Source of the DNA: Macrostomum lignano
Taxonomy: Eukaryota
Reading direction: 5' to 3'
Length of the DNA stretch: 64,000 nucleotides
Assembly: GCA_002269645.1 (NCBI GenBank)
Contig: NIVC01001332.1
Span: 124,001 to 188,000 of the forward strand
Below, piece by piece: positions 59,008 through 64,000 of the stretch (position 1 is the stretch's first letter; each line of letters begins with the position of its first letter). Both the position numbers and the translations under genes were made by a program. The notes beneath the pieces were generated by a model. It was given only the letters and a program-made list of their open reading frames with translations, had not been told where the DNA came from and did no database searches.

Positions 59008-61549
59008 AGTCAGTGTGACTGCTCAACGCTGAATTGGTTTTGTGGGTGAGTTCAGTGACTGCTCAACACTGAATTGGTTTTGTGGGTGAGTTCAGTGACT
59101 GCTCAACACTGAATTGGTTTTGTGGGTGAGTTCAGTGACTGCTCAACACTGAATTGGTTTTGTGGGTGAGTTCAGTGACTGCTCAACACTGAATTGGTTT
59201 TGTGGGTGAGTTCAGTGACTGCTCAACACTAAATTGGTTTTGTGGGTGAGTTCAGTGACTGCTCAACGCTGAATTGGTTTTGTGGGTGAGTTCAGTGACT
59301 GCTCAACACTGAATTGGTTTTGTGGGTGAGTTCAGTGACTACTCAACGCTGAATTGGTTTTGTGGGTGAGTTCAGTGACTACTCAACGCTGAATTGGTTT
59401 TGTGGGTGAGTTCAGTGACTGCTCAGCACTGAATTGGTTTTGTGGGTGAGTTCAGTGACTGCTCAACACTGAATTGGTTTTGTGGGTGAGTTCAGTGACT
59501 GCTCAACGCTGAATTGGTTTTGTGGGTGAGTTCAGTGACTGCTCAACACTGAATTGGTTTTGTGGGTGAGTTCAGTGACTACTCAACGCTGAATTGGTTT
59601 TGTGGGTGAGTTCAGTGACTACTCAACGCTGAATTGGTTTTGTGGGTGAGTTCAGTGACTACTCAACGCTGAATTGGTTTTGTGGGTGAGTTCAGTGACT
59701 GCTCAGCACTGAATTGGTTTTGTGGGTGAGTTCAGTGACTGCTCAACACTGAATTGGTTTTGTGGGTGAGTTCAGTGACTGCTCAACACTGAATTGGTTT
59801 TGTGGGTGAGTTCAGTGACTGCTCAACACTGAATTGGTTTTGTGGGTGAGTTCAGTGACTGCTCAACACTGAATTGGTTTTGTGGGTGAGTTCAGTGACT
59901 GCTCAACACTGAATTGGTTTTGTGGGTGAGTTCAGTGACTGCTCAACACTGAATTGGTTTTGTGGGTGAGTTCAGTGACTGCTCAACACTGAATTGGTTT
60001 TGTGGGTGAGTTCAGTGACTGCTCAACACTGAATTGGTTTTGTGGGTGAGTTCAGTGACTGCTCAACACTGAATTGGTTTTGTGGGTGAGTTCAGTGACT
60101 GCTCAACACTGAATTGGTTTTGTGGGTGAGTTCAGTGACTGCTCAACACTGAATTGGTTTTGTGGGTGAGTTCAGTGACTGCTCAACACTGAATTGGTTT
60201 TGTGGGTGAGTTCAGTGACTGCTCAACACTGAATTGGTTTTGTGGGTGAGTTCAGTGACTGCTCAACACTGAATTGGTTTTGTGGGTGAGTTCAGTGACT
60301 GCTCAACACTGAATTGGTTTTGTGGGTGAGTTCAGTGACTGCTCAACACTAAATTGGTTTTGTGGGTGAGTTCAGTGACTGCTCAACGCTGAATTGGTTT
60401 TGTGGGTGAGTTCAGTGACTGCTCAACACTGAATTGGTTTTGTGGGTGAGTTCAGTGACTACTCAACGCTGAATTGGTTTTGTGGGTGAGTTCAGTGACT
60501 ACTCAACGCTAAATTGGTTTTGTGGGTGAGTTCAGTGACTGCTCAGCACTGAATTGGTTTTGTGGGTGAGTTCAGTGACTACTCAACACTGAATTGGTTT
60601 TGTGGGTGAGTTCAGTGCCTGCTCAGCACTGAATTGGTTTTGTGGGTGAGTTCAGTGACTACTCAACGCTAAATTGGTTTTGTGGGTGAGTTCAGTGACT
60701 GCTCAGCACTGAATTGGTTTTGTGGGTGAGTTCAGTGACTGCTCAACACTGAATTGGTTTTGTGGGTGAGTTCAGTGCCTGCTCAGCACTGAATTGGCTT
60801 TGTGGGTGAGTTCAGTGACTACTCAACGCTGAATTGGTTTTGTGGGTGAGTTCAGTGACTACTCAACACTGAATTGGTTTTGTGGGTGAGTTCAGTGACT
60901 ACTCAACGCTGAATTGGTTTTGTGGGTGAGTTCAGTGACTGCTCAGCACTGAATTGGTTTTGTGGGTGAGTTCAGTGCCTGCTCAACACTGAATTGGTTT
61001 TGTGGGTGAGTTCAGTGACTGCTCAGCACTGAATTGGTTTTGTGGGTGAGTTCAGTGACTGCTCAACGCTGAATTGGTTTTGTGGGTGAGTTCAGTGACT
61101 GCTCAGCACTGAATTGGTTTTGTGGGTGAGTTCAGTGACTGCTCAACACTGAATTGGTTTTGTGGGTGAATTCAGTGACTGCTCAACACTAAATTGGTTT
61201 TGTGGGTGAGTTCAGTGACTGCTCAACACTGAATTGGTTTTGTGGGTGAGTTCAGTGACTGCTCAACACTGAATTGGTTTTGTGGGTGAGTTCAGTGACT
61301 GCTCAACACTGAATTGGTTTTGTGGGTGATTTCAGTGACTGCTCAACGCTGAATTGGATTTGTGGGTGAGTTCAGTGACTGCTCAACACTGAATTGGTTT
61401 TGTGGGTGAATTCAGTGACTGCTCAACACTGAATTGGTTTTGTGGGTGAGTTCAGTGACTGCTCAACACTGAATTGGTTTTGTGGGTGAGTTCAGTGACT
61501 GCTCAACGCTGAATTGGTTTTGTGGGTGAGTTCAGTGACTGCTCAGCAC
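59008..61549. repeat. 40-bp satellite (TTCAGTGACTGCTCAACACTGAATTGGTTTTGTGGGTGAG), ~63 copies
   Basis: Near-identical tandem units with no spacers. Confidence 0.99.
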
Positions 61550-62294
61550 ACTATAGAAGCGGTACGTACTGCATATCACGACTTAATTAATTAGAAAATT
61601 CTAGAAAAGATATAGACTAGGTTAAAACAGTCGATCTTGCTATCTCTGATCTATTTTTATATGAAGCGAACAGCATTATGCAGACCCCGGCCGAATCATC
61701 AAACGCATGCATGAATAAATTCTGGGTATGAAATAATTTTACACAGAACCACACGCGCATTTCGGCTTATTTTTAACATTGGGAGGCGAACGTGAAGAAT
61801 GTGTATAAACAAGTCTGCCGGCTAGCAGTGTGCACTGTATACCAGCTACATGCATGTTTTCACCTGCATGGAGAACTGTAAAATCTCGAGTGCGCTATGA
61901 GCGAGCGCTATTGGTCCACTTTTAGTATTATAAAAAAAGAAACAGGAAATACAAATTCCGCTAGCAATATTCGCATCAGCCTACTTCGGTTCGTCAACGA
62001 CCATTTCAGTCTGCGTAAACAGACTTATTGAGAGATTATGACTGCGAAATTGTTGTCACAAAAATAATTTAATTGTTCTCTTATCTGCGTTTTATAGTCA
62101 CGTGTGTGTCTAAACCGCTCGTGTGTGTACTTTATGTCTGGAAAGTATACCATTTTGCACTTCCCGTGGCCTACGTACACAGGTGGCCATTTTCCCCATG
62201 GATTATATTGGGGGGAGACATACGAAACCAATAATTCTAAACTAGCTTCCATACGAAAAATCTTGATATTATTTTTGGGAATCGCGTTTGTTCT

Positions 62295-62680
62295 TACTGA
62301 TTTTTGGCACCGCAAACACTCATTTTGGCGCCACAGGCACTCATTTTGGTGCAACAGGTGCTCCAAGAGTTTTTAGCACCAGGGGCTTTAGCACCAGGGG
62401 CTTTAGCACCAGGGGCTTTAGCACCAGGGGCTTTAGCACCAGGGGCTTTAGCACCAGGGGCTTTAGCACCAGGGGCTTTAGCACCAGGGGCTTTAGCACC
62501 AGGGGCTTTAGCACCAGGGGCTTTAGCACCAGGGGCTTTAGCACCAGGGGCTCTAGCACCATGGGGGCACCAGCACCAGGGGCTTTATCACCAGGGGCAC
62601 CAGCACCAGGGGCTTTAGCACCAGGGGCACCAGCACCAGGGGCTTTAGCACCAGGGGCGCCAGCACCAGGGGGCACCAGC
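62295..62680. repeat. 15-bp minisatellite (TTAGCACCAGGGGCT) preceded by three ~21-bp CATTTTGGCRC units
   Basis: Directly visible. Confidence 0.93.
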
Positions 62681-63264
62681 TCAACTAACTGCCTGTAATG
62701 ATTGAAGCGTTCTTCACTGCTATATTGCACATAGGTCGTATACCGGTACTGGCTAATTAGATTAGGTAAGTTGGTTTTTCTGTTATTCAATAATACGCTC
62801 GTGCATGTACGTACTTTCTCAAAATTTGCACATTTAGCATGATTTTTGGAATTGCCTTTTTTCCTTCAAAGTAGTTTTGCTTGTCCAAGTTCAAAAAACA
62901 GAATGGGCCGGTGTGTTGTGTTGATGACAATTAAAGAAGAAAAGCGACCGTCTTTCAGGTGCGAATAAACAGATGGATCACATTCAGATTGATTATGTTT
63001 ATTTGTTCTAGATAGCAACTTTATTACATATTCCGTCTCGGGGGCGAGAGCAAAGCTGCGTGAGCAATGTCCACTTTATCAGTATTTTTACATCCTACGT
63101 ACTCCTTGTACGAGTGCGCGCTAATAACTGATAAAAACTAAAAACAACTGCGATGTATCTTACAGAAAGGAGCGGTTGATTTCATCACGTGAATGTGTTT
63201 TTTTCAGATATCCGCGTGACCTTAGATAACAGTTTAGTCAAGTTTTGTAACACTTCTCGCAAAA

Positions 63265-64000
63265 TCCCTGACACAAATTTAGCATTTCTGACACCAATTT
63301 AGCATCCCTGACACCTATTTAGCATCCCTGACACCTATTTAGCATCTCTGAAACCTATTTAGCATCCCTGACACAAATTTAGCATATCTGACACCTATTT
63401 AGCATCCCTGACACCTATTTAGCATCTCTGAAACCTATTTAGCATCCCTGACACAAATTTAGCATATCTGACACCTATTTAGCATCCCTGACACCTATTT
63501 AGCATCCCTGACACCTATTTAGCATCTCTGAAACCTATTTAGCATCCCTGACACAAATTTAGCATATCTGACACCTATTTAGCATCCCTGACACCTATTT
63601 AGCATCCCTGACACCTATTTAGCATCCCTGACACCTATTTAGCATCCCTGACACCTATTTAGCATCCCTGACACCTATTTAGCATCTCTGAAACCTATTT
63701 AGCATCCCTGACACAAATTTAGCATATCTGACACCTATTTAGCATTCCTTGCACCTATTTAGCATCCCTGACACCTATTTAGCATCCCTGACACCTATTT
63801 AGCATCCCTGACACCTATTTAGAATATCTGACACCAATTTAGCATCTCTGACACCAATTTAGCATCCCTGACACCTATTTAGCATCCCTGACACCTATTT
63901 AGCATATCTGACACCTATTTAGCATCTCTGACACCTATTTAGCATCCCTGACACAAATTTAGCATATATGACACAAATTTAGCATCCCTGACACCTATTT
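63265..64000. repeat. 20-bp minisatellite (AGCATCCCTGACACCTATTT), truncated by the window end
   Basis: Directly visible, with higher-order variant patterns. Confidence 0.97.

Noticed and set aside
59008-61549. CRISPR-like appearance (palindromic ~40-bp repeats)
   Set aside because: No unique spacers, no cas genes, and a eukaryotic context; it is a tandem satellite.
62288-62790. Collagen/elastin-like GAPAPGAL ORFs
   Set aside because: 15-bp tandem repeat; no splice-consistent unique exons nearby.

Overview
Eukaryotic (metazoan) genomic DNA with GT-AG introns, GC/CpG-rich coding exons and minisatellite-packed introns. The style resembles the flatworm Macrostomum, but that is an inference. Seven protein-coding genes were reconstructed by hand with phase-consistent splice sites: ARHGAP19-like RhoGAP (+, 9 exons); an intronless TTLL7-like tubulin polyglutamylase (-) with ~20 N-terminal DDxPVG motifs and altered HLTNYSxNK and SKR motifs; Misato/MSTO1 (-, 4 exons); an unknown coiled-coil gene (-, 3 exons); intronless RPL13 (+); a class I SAM methyltransferase (-, 6 exons); and a head-to-head SLC25A33/36-like mitochondrial pyrimidine carrier (+, 5 exons). 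A ~17.6 kb AT-rich, visibly CpG-poor, TAGGCCTA-rich block (27.9-45.5 kb) holds a deleted P-superfamily element (CATG ends, 7-bp TSD) and several TIR elements with 8-bp TSDs. Also present are a solo LTR inserted into a minisatellite, a hAT MITE, and more than 20 different tandem arrays, including a 2.5 kb 40-bp hairpin satellite. The top leads are a possible trans-spliced operon (coiled-coil gene, MSTO1, TTLL7-like), a possibly non-catalytic TTLL with a multivalent motif array, and sharply bounded CpG-decay domains. All counts and coordinates were read by eye; no database searches were run.
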